A DNA stretch of 47,598 nucleotides from Anaerolineales bacterium. GTDB lineage: Bacteria > Chloroflexota > Anaerolineae > Anaerolineales > Villigracilaceae. Position numbers and translations under genes: made by a program. The stretch covers positions 1 through 47,598 of the forward strand of contig JBJKOR010000567.1 of NCBI GenBank assembly GCA_046707185.1, written 5' to 3'. The notes under the pieces were generated by a model that was given only the letters and a program-made list of their open reading frames with translations, did no database searches and was not told the DNA's origin. Shown in pieces: positions 29,449 to 37,967 of the stretch (positions are counted from its first letter, which is position 1; each line of letters starts with the position of its first letter).

Positions 29449-30525
29449 ATGACGGTTTTGCTGAGCAATGGGCGAAAGAATTTAAAAGAGGCGTTTCACC
29501 ACATCCTGGATATCTTCAAGGACAATATCGATCCCACGCGCGGCCTGTTTATCAAGCCCAACATCGTGTTCCCCGTCCGATCCGAAAGCGGCGAAATTAC
29601 TCCTCCCGAGTTTGTGTGGGTTTTGGTTTCAGCATTTCGGGAACATTATGAGAACATCGATATTATTTTCGGCGAGGGCGTCGCGGCAGGTTGTAACCCA
29701 TATGAAAACTTTCAGGTTTCTGGTTACGCCGAGCTAGCTCGTGAATTGAAAATTCCACTTTTGGATCTTCACAACGTGGATCGTATAGCGGTGCCATGGA
29801 AATTCGGCAAGCTGAAACTTCCAAAAGTTGCGTTGGAACGCACTTATATCAATTTGCCGCTGCTCAAGCCGAGTAACGCGTGCATCATCTCAGGCGCATT
29901 AAAAAACCAGAAGGGCCTGTTGGAGCCTGCGATGAAAAAGCACTTTCACCGACTCGGCTTACATGAGCAGATCGCAGAACTGAACAATGTAGTGAAACCT
30001 TCATTGACCATTATGGATGGCAGCCTCTTCTTTGGTAACAATGTGCTTCTATCCGGTAATAACTGCGGAGAAATCGATGCAACCGCTTGTAAATTATTGG
30101 GCATCGAAGAACCGGAACATGTCCGGTTGGCTAGAAGTGCTCACGTATTTGAAACAGAATACTCCGTTCAAGGAGAAATTGACATCAAACGCATGACTGT
30201 GCGTCCCGAGGTCAAGGAATTCAAACGCATCGGACAGTTGCGCTTGTGGTCGAATCCGCAAGCCTGTACCATGTGTCGGTATCTTTTCCGCAAGATTCAA
30301 GCCAATATATTCAAGCGCCAGAATTTACTGGCGGGTGCCAAATTGATTCCTCATTCGATCAAGGGCGCTGAAATCATCATGGGATCGAATCCCAAATGGC
30401 GGAAGGAATATGGCACAGTGATCTGTGTGGGCGCGTGCACGTACCGTATCGCAAAACAAGGCGGCTACACATATATTCCTGGATGTCCGCCCACGCCGGA
30501 AGACCTTTATAAAAATCTTCCGTAA
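29449..30525 (+). CDS. DUF362-domain protein (function unknown, Cys-rich C-terminus)
   Basis: LFIKPNIVFP...GEITPPEFV...IIFGEG pattern of DUF362. C-terminal cysteines CTMC...CVGAC...GCPP. Confidence 0.65.
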   Translation: MTVLLSNGRKNLKEAFHHILDIFKDNIDPTRGLFIKPNIVFPVRSESGEITPPEFVWVLVSAFREHYENIDIIFGEGVAAGCNPYENFQVSGYAELARELKIPLLDLHNVDRIAVPWKFGKLKLPKVALERTYINLPLLKPSNACIISGALKNQKGLLEPAMKKHFHRLGLHEQIAELNNVVKPSLTIMDGSLFFGNNVLLSGNNCGEIDATACKLLGIEEPEHVRLARSAHVFETEYSVQGEIDIKRMTVRPEVKEFKRIGQLRLWSNPQACTMCRYLFRKIQANIFKRQNLLAGAKLIPHSIKGAEIIMGSNPKWRKEYGTVICVGACTYRIAKQGGYTYIPGCPPTPEDLYKNLP

Positions 30526-30557
30526 ATCTGAAAGATTGACGAGTAGGATGCGAAGCC

Positions 30558-31598
30558 ATGCAAAAAGAGGACCAACCTATCCTGATCGAACCGTCAGACC
30601 CGCGCTGGATGAATTTTATCCAGAACTGCCCTGAAGCGAATATTTTTCATCATCCGGCCTGGATGGCGTTGATGCTTGACTGTTATGGTTACCCGGCTTC
30701 TATCCTTGCTGTACTCGATGCGAATGATGATATCCGGGCTGGCCTGCCATTCATGAAAGTGAGCAGTCCGCTGACCGGCCGTAGGTGGGTTTCGCTGCCA
30801 TTCTCCGATTACTGCAATCCCCTCTATCGGGACGAAACTGCTCTCGAGGCCTTGACCGCTGAATTGGTCAAGACGTTTCGAGCCAACGCGATCAAGAAAA
30901 TGGAGATTCGTTGGCGCCTGCCGCAACGGTCGGAGATCCAGCAAATCTCGGAATTTGTTTTGCACACCATTTCTCTCGATCTTGATCCGGCCAAGGTTTC
31001 AAAACATTTCAAACGCACACACTTGCAAAATATTCGTACTGCCGAAGAAAGGGGAGTTACGGTTGAATTCGGCAATCAGATGGAGCATTTGAGGACATTT
31101 TATGGCCTGCAATTGGAAACGCGCAGGCGGCATGGCGTCCCTGCACAACCCTGGAAATACTTTGAATTGCTTTGGCAGCATATCGTAAGAGCCGGCTTGG
31201 GATTTGTCCTCCTTGCTCATAAGGACAACGAAACAATTGCAGGAATGGTGTATTTGGGTTGGGGGAAAACTCTGATTGCAAAATATGCCGCTTCGCGTGA
31301 AGATCGTTTTAACCTGCGTCCCAACAACCTGCTGTTCTGGGAAGGCATTCGCTGGGGATGTTTGAATGGATTCAGTGTTTTCGATATGGGACGTACTGAA
31401 GTGGAAAATACTGGATTGAGGAACTTCAAGTGCCGCTGGGGAGCGGTGGAAGAACCTCTTTGCTATTCGATCCTATCGCCACAAAAAGTTCAGCCATCGA
31501 ACGACAAACTGGAGCGTATGCTTAATGCCGTAATTCAACATTCACCCCTCTGGGTTTGTAGAGTTTCAGGCGAGCTGCTCTATCGGCACGTTGGATAA
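30558..31598 (+). CDS. FemAB-like / GNAT-fold acyl- or aminoacyl-transferase (resembles the EPS-locus-associated FemAB family)
   Basis: DPRWMNFIQNCPEANIFHHPAWMALM...LPFMKVSSPLTGRRWVSLPFSDYCNPL N-terminal pattern. About 345 aa. Confidence 0.7.
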   Translation: MQKEDQPILIEPSDPRWMNFIQNCPEANIFHHPAWMALMLDCYGYPASILAVLDANDDIRAGLPFMKVSSPLTGRRWVSLPFSDYCNPLYRDETALEALTAELVKTFRANAIKKMEIRWRLPQRSEIQQISEFVLHTISLDLDPAKVSKHFKRTHLQNIRTAEERGVTVEFGNQMEHLRTFYGLQLETRRRHGVPAQPWKYFELLWQHIVRAGLGFVLLAHKDNETIAGMVYLGWGKTLIAKYAASREDRFNLRPNNLLFWEGIRWGCLNGFSVFDMGRTEVENTGLRNFKCRWGAVEEPLCYSILSPQKVQPSNDKLERMLNAVIQHSPLWVCRVSGELLYRHVG

Positions 31599-32836
31599 TG
31601 AAAAATCTTTGGACGTTCAACCACCCCCGTAACTTTTGGCAGATCCAGCCAGACCTCAGCGACGATGTTTGGCAGAATGCTATCGCTGGGGCTTTTCCAT
31701 CTCTTGGGTTGAATATCGAACGACCCGATGTGGACACTATTTTGGCGCTTACTCTTGGCGAGGCCCGCTTCGGTCCCGACCATTGGCGGCTCAGCCTCCC
31801 CAAACGGATTTATTACATCCTCAAGCCGCTTTTGCCAAGTGCATTCACGTGTGCGCTGCGTCAGCTTTATCATCCTGTGGGGAAAATGGATTGCAAGTTT
31901 CATTGGCCTGTAGAACCACATTATGCAGAATTTCTTTGGGCAATCATCGAAAATATTTTATACACGACTCCTAGTCATAAACTCTGCATGAAGTCTTTAT
32001 GGCCTCAAGGACTCCGTTATGCGCTTGTGCTTACGCATGATATCGAAACGGCTGATGGTCAAAAATTTGTGCGTGCCGTTGCGGATATGGAAGAGAACCT
32101 TGGATTCCATTCTTCTTTTAATTTCATTCCTGAGAGATATGCTGTGGATATGAATTTAATAGATGAGTTAAGAAAACGCGGCTTTGAGGTCGGGGTTCAT
32201 GACCTCAAGCATGACGGAAAGTTGTTCGGTTCGCACAAAGTCTTCGAGCAGAGAGTCGGGCGTATTAATCGATATCTAAAGGAGTGGCAAGCCACGGGTT
32301 TTCGAGCAGGTCTTACGCACCGTCAGCCCGAATGGATGCAGCAATTGGATATCGAATACGATCTTTCTTTCTTTGATACCGATCCATTTGAACCCATACC
32401 GGGCGGAGTCATGAGTATTTGGCCATTTTTCATCGGCCGCTTTGTGGAACTGCCATATACGCTCGTTCAAGACTGCACCCTGACATCGATCATGCAAGAG
32501 AAGTCTCCCCGAATATGGTTGGAGAAAGTGAATTTTATAGAAAAGTATCACGGCATGGCCTTGGTCAACTCGCACCCCGATTATTTGAGAGACGATCATG
32601 TATGGAAGGTTTACAAGGAATTCCTGGATGCGATGAAGCAGCGTAATTCCTACTGGCACGGATTACCCAGCGAAATAGCAAAATGGTGGAAAAAGCGCCT
32701 ATCCTCGACAGAAGATGTCAATGAAGCCAAAATCGCGCTGAGCGAAGTATCGCTTGATGGCGACGGCGTGAAATTGAGTCCTGATTCAACTTGGAAATCC
32801 AAGCCTCAGTATCAGAATAAGCCTGCCAGAGTCTAA
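31598..32836 (+). CDS. divergent polysaccharide-deacetylase-like (CE4-related) protein
   Basis: TAATG overlap. ALVLTHDIETADG, VGVHDLKHDG and NSHPDY resemble a D-x-E variant of CE4 motifs. Weak call. Confidence 0.5.
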   Translation: MKNLWTFNHPRNFWQIQPDLSDDVWQNAIAGAFPSLGLNIERPDVDTILALTLGEARFGPDHWRLSLPKRIYYILKPLLPSAFTCALRQLYHPVGKMDCKFHWPVEPHYAEFLWAIIENILYTTPSHKLCMKSLWPQGLRYALVLTHDIETADGQKFVRAVADMEENLGFHSSFNFIPERYAVDMNLIDELRKRGFEVGVHDLKHDGKLFGSHKVFEQRVGRINRYLKEWQATGFRAGLTHRQPEWMQQLDIEYDLSFFDTDPFEPIPGGVMSIWPFFIGRFVELPYTLVQDCTLTSIMQEKSPRIWLEKVNFIEKYHGMALVNSHPDYLRDDHVWKVYKEFLDAMKQRNSYWHGLPSEIAKWWKKRLSSTEDVNEAKIALSEVSLDGDGVKLSPDSTWKSKPQYQNKPARV

Positions 32837-32855
32837 AAAGCCATGACTGTGGTTG

Positions 32856-34157
32856 TCATCGAACGATATTGTTCTCAATTATATTACTCGTATCTACAAC
32901 GGGATACATCGTAATTGCTTTGGGGAACCCGGAGATCGTGTTCCCGAGAATTCGATTATCCTGTGAATGGCAATTATGCGGGTTGGATAAATATGGATAG
33001 TCTTCATCGTTTGGATTTGTAATCGGGACATCATTGCATGGCCATCCGGTATGACCGTTATCGTACGAAGTGATGCTAATGCCCGGTCCGTTTGTGCCGG
33101 CAGCTGCAATGATAACGTTATTCAAAATCGAGTTATTATCACCGCCTGCAAAGCTGATTCCCTCGGGAACATCGTAGATCACATTTTGCTCAACAGTATT
33201 TTGGTCAGACAAATCCCATTCAAACAAGATGCCAATACACCATGCCGTGCTTCCCAATCGGCTGATCTTGTTCCCACTTACTTCATTCCCATGCCCCAGC
33301 AGGTTCAACATTTGACAGTTGTACGGTGTATCCAATTCATCGCTGACCTTGTAAATCTCATTGCCGATAATGGTATTGTTATTGCCGTTGAATTGCATCC
33401 CTGATTCGCGATAATAATTGTATACCCGATTGTCGTGAACGTACCAACCATCTGGACTGGCATCCCCCTTGATGGTAAAGATCGCACCTGCCGTTTCCAC
33501 AAAGTCCACCCCCGCTACTTCCCAATGACTACATCCTCCCCAGATGGAGATGCCGGTGGATTGCTCACCCTGTACTCCTTGAATAACGATCCCTTTTCGA
33601 CTCGCTACGCCATCCGATAAAGTTGTTGGTGTTACGTCACTCCCTAGAATTCGAATATACTGTGCATCGGGCGTTTGCCAACTCGGAGGCTTATTGGAAA
33701 CTCTCAAGCAGCGGAAGGCAGCATAATTGTTGTCTGATACTTGATTCATCGTAAAGACTACCTGCTCGCCCGGGTAGTTTGACAAAGTTATAGGGGAAGA
33801 AGGTGTGCCTGAATTGTGAAAACTCCAGCCGCCAAACGGAATGGCGTATTCACCTCCTCGCACCTCGATCTCATCACCGGGAACCGCCTCTTCGACCGCC
33901 CGCTGGATGGTTTGCCAGGGCTTGGATCGGGATCCAGGATTCGAGTCAGATCCAAGTTCGCCATCTACAAAGTAAATATTGGTGACTGCATATGTAGCGG
34001 TTGAAGTAACTGTGCTTATTGGACGGACGGTAGCAGTGGCTGGAGGCGCAGTGGTAGGGTAAAGACCACAGGCAGATAGAACTAGAAAACTTATGAGAGC
34101 CAGTTTTGAGATTCGGCGTATAAGGCGAGTCGGGATTTTGGAATCGAATCGTTGCAT
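32856..34157 (-). CDS. secreted lipoprotein with right-handed parallel beta-helix (pectate-lyase-fold; candidate glycanase)
   Basis: Lipobox-like FLVLSACG. NIYFVDGELGSDSNPGSRSKPWQTIQRAVEEAVPGDEIEVRGGEY, typical of a beta-helix N-cap. Repeated N-x-I/V-x-G-N strands. Confidence 0.75.
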   Translation of the reverse strand: MQRFDSKIPTRLIRRISKLALISFLVLSACGLYPTTAPPATATVRPISTVTSTATYAVTNIYFVDGELGSDSNPGSRSKPWQTIQRAVEEAVPGDEIEVRGGEYAIPFGGWSFHNSGTPSSPITLSNYPGEQVVFTMNQVSDNNYAAFRCLRVSNKPPSWQTPDAQYIRILGSDVTPTTLSDGVASRKGIVIQGVQGEQSTGISIWGGCSHWEVAGVDFVETAGAIFTIKGDASPDGWYVHDNRVYNYYRESGMQFNGNNNTIIGNEIYKVSDELDTPYNCQMLNLLGHGNEVSGNKISRLGSTAWCIGILFEWDLSDQNTVEQNVIYDVPEGISFAGGDNNSILNNVIIAAAGTNGPGISITSYDNGHTGWPCNDVPITNPNDEDYPYLSNPHNCHSQDNRILGNTISGFPKAITMYPVVDTSNIIENNIVR

Positions 34158-34384
34158 CTATTTGCAAGGGAAGACATCAGCCTCGGTGCCTTCCCTCCGG
34201 CAGAACAAGCAAGAGAAGGTGAACCTAAATACAGGTCCACAGGCAAATCGACGAGTAAAAAATTACCGGCAGTGCCCGGAATCTGCCCGCAACCTGATGG
34301 ATGTCAGTATTGGTATTATAAAAGGTATTATGGTCGATTACAAGCCCACGCGTTCTGTCGAATATGATGTTACCGAAGTGACGT

Positions 34385-34478
34385 CACTTTCAGAACAATG
34401 ATAACTGCTGCACAGCTTTTCTTCCGTCCATCAAAATATAGGGTGCGGCGCGCGAAACATAAATGCCAAGTTTTTGAA
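34385..34478. repeat. right copy of the 94-bp direct repeat (3' end of the intact radical-SAM gene)
   Basis: 85 of 94 nt identical to 3793..3886, same orientation. Confidence 0.85.
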
Positions 34479-35589
34479 GTGAAGATAAATCCTTTAATTT
34501 ACTTATTCTTCGTGCACGCAAAATTGCTTCTGCGCCTTTTAACCCAATTCCTGGAATTCGAATCAAATCCCGCTTTTCAGCGCGATTGATCTCGAGGGGT
34601 CTTTCTCTCAAGTTCAATTGTGCCCAAGCCAGCTTTGGATCCGATTGGAGCGGGAGAAAACCGTCTTGCGTAAAGGGCATATCTTCCAAATCAAAGTCGT
34701 AGTCACGCAACAGAAACGATGCCTGATATAAACGATGTTCGCGTAATGGATCGGTGGCGGTTTTGTTTTCAAGGGGAGTATCGCAGATGGGACTGAATGC
34801 TGAAAAGTAGGCGCGTTTGAGGCGTACATTTTTATTGAGCCATGCCGTTGTAGTCAATAGTTCAAGATCGCTTTCATCCGAACCGCCAACTACAAATTGT
34901 GTCGTGGTCGAAGGCCAGCGGCGGTTCCAACCTTTATACGCCGGCTGGCTTCTGCGAATTTCTTCCACCCAGCGGAGTGGCTGCAATAACTCATCCAAAA
35001 ATTGTTTGTGGGGCGCAAGTTTCGCAAGCCGATTCGTGTTTGGCGCTTCGAGATTGACCGAGACGCGGTCGGCTAATTGCATGGCGCGTTCGACTTGTGC
35101 TTTCTCCGCACCTGGCATGATCTTCAAATGAATGTATCCACGGAAGCCAAATTTGTTTCGGAGAATATCCGCTGTATCCAAAAGTTGGTCTTGTGTTCGT
35201 ATTCCACCGCCTGCGACACCGGAACTGAGAAATGTCCCCTCGGCGATGTCCCGGCGATTCAATTCCATGAATACGTTCGCGAATTCCTGCGGCTTGAAAG
35301 TCGCACGACGAAAATCGCGTCCAGCGCGGAACGGACAGTAATAGCAATCCCATTCACAAGCGGACGTAAGCAGTGTCTTCAACAATTTGATGTTCTGACC
35401 ATTGGGGAGTTGCGCCGGATGAACAAAAATAGCCTCGCGTTGTTTGGGCGTGAAGCAAGATGGTCTCGATGCGCGCTCCGTGTTACTCGGCCCGCGGTAG
35501 GCGAGAGTGTCTTCGGCTGGTTCGAGTTCCATCTGTTCGGATAACAACTGCAAGCGATCCATTAAAGTCATGCTTGCATTATAGAACAT
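34390..35589 (-). CDS. putative DNA modification/repair radical-SAM protein with C-terminal helix-hairpin-helix
   Basis: CEWDCYYCPF (CxxxCxxC). C-terminal IRIPGIGLKGAEAILRAR HhH. About 400 aa, as in the family I recall as TIGR03916. Confidence 0.75.
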   Translation of the reverse strand: MFYNASMTLMDRLQLLSEQMELEPAEDTLAYRGPSNTERASRPSCFTPKQREAIFVHPAQLPNGQNIKLLKTLLTSACEWDCYYCPFRAGRDFRRATFKPQEFANVFMELNRRDIAEGTFLSSGVAGGGIRTQDQLLDTADILRNKFGFRGYIHLKIMPGAEKAQVERAMQLADRVSVNLEAPNTNRLAKLAPHKQFLDELLQPLRWVEEIRRSQPAYKGWNRRWPSTTTQFVVGGSDESDLELLTTTAWLNKNVRLKRAYFSAFSPICDTPLENKTATDPLREHRLYQASFLLRDYDFDLEDMPFTQDGFLPLQSDPKLAWAQLNLRERPLEINRAEKRDLIRIPGIGLKGAEAILRARRISKLKDLSSLQKLGIYVSRAAPYILMDGRKAVQQLSLF

Positions 35590-35660
35590 TTATTCTGTTC
35601 GTCAATACGTGTAGCAATTTAGATTCTGTAAATTCGCGTAGCCAATATTACACCTACATT

Positions 35661-37130
35661 TCACACAAGCAGAAGCAAAACTTCAAACACCACTCCCGCA
35701 TCCACTTTACCTTCCACATTGATCTTCCCACCATGAGACTGAACAATCCACGCCACAATAGAAAGGCCAAGCCCGCTGCCAGAGGGGGAAAAGGAGTCGT
35801 CATCGTGAGTCCGCGCCTGGTCGACGCGATAGAAGCGGTCGAAGAGATGCGGCAAATGCTCGGGCGGGATGCCCGGCCCGGTGTCCGAGACACGCAGCAA
35901 AGCCCAACCAGACTTGTTCATCGAAGTTTCGACGCGTACCGTTTGCCCCGAACCCGCATACTTGATGCCGTTCTCCACAAGGTTGCTGATCATTTGAATC
36001 AGGTATTGACGATCTCCATTGACGATCAGCTCCGGTAGTTCGCCCGTTTCCAGCTTGACCCCACGACCCTCAGCCAGAGCCGTCATACGTTCCACCGCTT
36101 CGAGTGCCACATCACTCAAATCCAAATTCTCGAATTGCAGAATCGCCTGGCCAGAATCCATACGCGCCAGGGTCATCAGGTCGTTGACCATGCGCATCAT
36201 GCGCTCGTTCTCGAGGTCGATGGTTTGCAAAGCACGCCGATAATCCTTCGATGAACGATTCTTTTCAAGCGCCTGATTGATTTCAAGGTTGGTAATGGTC
36301 AGCGGCGTGCGCAGTTCGTGACTGGCGTCCGCGACAAAACGGCGTTGGCGGTCAAAGGCGGCCTGTAGGCGGGAGAGCATATTGTCGAAGGTGTTTGCCA
36401 ATTCCGCGAGTTCATCGCGTCCCTTCAAGTTGATGCGGCGGCTCAAATCGCTCTCCTCGATGCTCTGCGCGGTGTGTGCGATCGTTTTGACAGGCCGCAT
36501 GGCGCGGTCCGCCAGCCATAAGCCGCCGATAAAGGCGATCAACAACATCAACAGACTTCCAAGCAAAAGTGAGATTCTCAAACGCTCAAGCTCGGAAGTC
36601 AGGTTGGTCGGGCTGCCGATGATCAATGCGCCCACCGGTGTTCCATCGCGAATAACCGGCGTCACAATGAAAAGATAATCGGACTTGGAAGTTTCGCCAT
36701 TTGCATCCGTCACCGAAATGGTTTCTTCGTAAACATTCAAAACTCGCTGCTGGCTGGCCGCCGAAATCAGATTGGTGACAAGCTGGGTGCTGGGTTTGAT
36801 GCCCCATGTCTGGGCGATCTGCCCATTCAGGTCCACCAGCGCCAGCATATCTCCTTGCTGAAGCGGCGGCGTGTCGTTTGGGACATCAGAAAGGCCCAAG
36901 CTTGAGTTCAACCATGCCGCACTGCGAAAATATCCAAGCATGCGCGCATATTTGCTTTGTATATTCCCAGCCGAATCTCCCCGGAGGTCACGCGCTTCAT
37001 TGAAATAGATGAAACCGCTGAACACCGTCAGGACGAGTGCCAGGATAACGATGAACCATAACGTGATGCGAAGGCGGATGCTGTGCAAAAAATCGATCCA
37101 CCAATTCCAAGCCGACTTGACGAATTTCAT
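35661..37130 (-). CDS. sensor histidine kinase (2 TM, HAMP, HisKA, HATPase_c)
   Basis: H-box ADASHELRTPLT. N, G1 and G2 boxes (NLVENGIKY, DTGPGI, GSGLGLSIV). Confidence 0.9.
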   Translation of the reverse strand: MKFVKSAWNWWIDFLHSIRLRITLWFIVILALVLTVFSGFIYFNEARDLRGDSAGNIQSKYARMLGYFRSAAWLNSSLGLSDVPNDTPPLQQGDMLALVDLNGQIAQTWGIKPSTQLVTNLISAASQQRVLNVYEETISVTDANGETSKSDYLFIVTPVIRDGTPVGALIIGSPTNLTSELERLRISLLLGSLLMLLIAFIGGLWLADRAMRPVKTIAHTAQSIEESDLSRRINLKGRDELAELANTFDNMLSRLQAAFDRQRRFVADASHELRTPLTITNLEINQALEKNRSSKDYRRALQTIDLENERMMRMVNDLMTLARMDSGQAILQFENLDLSDVALEAVERMTALAEGRGVKLETGELPELIVNGDRQYLIQMISNLVENGIKYAGSGQTVRVETSMNKSGWALLRVSDTGPGIPPEHLPHLFDRFYRVDQARTHDDDSFSPSGSGLGLSIVAWIVQSHGGKINVEGKVDAGVVFEVLLLLV

Positions 37131-37134
37131 CGAA

Positions 37135-37812
37135 TCATCGCTCCGGATCGTGCAGGCGATAGCCAGCGCCGCGTAACGTTTCGATCAACTTGACTTCGTG
37201 CGGATCGTCCACCTTGCGGCGCAGGCGGCGGATGTACACATCCACCACATTCGATGTGATGGTTTTATCGTAGCTCCACAAATTTTGGATGACCATCTCG
37301 CGTGTGATGAGTCGATTGGGATTCCGTATGAGGTATTCGAGCAGGGAATATTCGCGGGCAGTGAGGTCGATGGGGGCATCGGCGCGCGAAACGTAATGGG
37401 TGGCAGGATCGAGCTTCAAGTCCGCGATTTGGAGCAAACTGCTCTTGTTGTCGGATTCGCGGCGAAGCAGGGCGCGCAAGCGGGCGCGCAGCTCGGCGAC
37501 TTCGAATGGCTTGACTAAATAGTCATCTGCGCCGCTGTCCAGGCCGGTGACGCGGTCGTCCAGTGAGTCGCGGGCGGTCAACATCAAGATCGGCGCGGCC
37601 AAACGCTGGTCGCGCAAAGACCGGCAGACTTCGATGCCGTCGCGTTTGGGAAGCATCACATCCAATATGATCAGGCTGTAGGAAGTCAGCAGCGCCAAGT
37701 CTTCGCCCTCGACGCCGTCGTAGGCGGTGTCTACGACATAGCCATCTTCCTCGAGCGTGCGGCGCAAGGCATCGCTCAGCCGGCGATTATCTTCGATTAA
37801 TAGGATTCTCAT
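37135..37812 (-). CDS. OmpR/PhoB-family response regulator
   Basis: MRILLIEDN, DVMLPKRDG and KPF motifs. Winged-helix C-terminus (LTAREYSLLEYL...VDVYIRRLRRKV...RGAGYRL). Confidence 0.95.
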   Translation of the reverse strand: MRILLIEDNRRLSDALRRTLEEDGYVVDTAYDGVEGEDLALLTSYSLIILDVMLPKRDGIEVCRSLRDQRLAAPILMLTARDSLDDRVTGLDSGADDYLVKPFEVAELRARLRALLRRESDNKSSLLQIADLKLDPATHYVSRADAPIDLTAREYSLLEYLIRNPNRLITREMVIQNLWSYDKTITSNVVDVYIRRLRRKVDDPHEVKLIETLRGAGYRLHDPER

Positions 37813-37838
37813 AGTTGCTTATTTTAACACTTCAAAAT

Positions 37839-37909
37839 GATTAGAAGATGACAGGATTCTTCTAATCTTCAGATGAAAAAGTGACAGTATGGGTTCATCT
37901 GCCTGTCAT
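37839..37909. promoter_or_regulatory. repeat set in the divergent promoter region (candidate response-regulator sites)
   Basis: 9-bp inverted repeat GATTAGAAG-N11-CTTCTAATC (37839-37867). TGACAG at 37849 and 37882 (33 bp apart), inverted CTGTCA at 37903. Confidence 0.3.
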
Positions 37910-37967
37910 CTTGATTCTGTATACTCGTGTCCTATACTGACTTTACAGTGAATTCAAGGAGAATACC

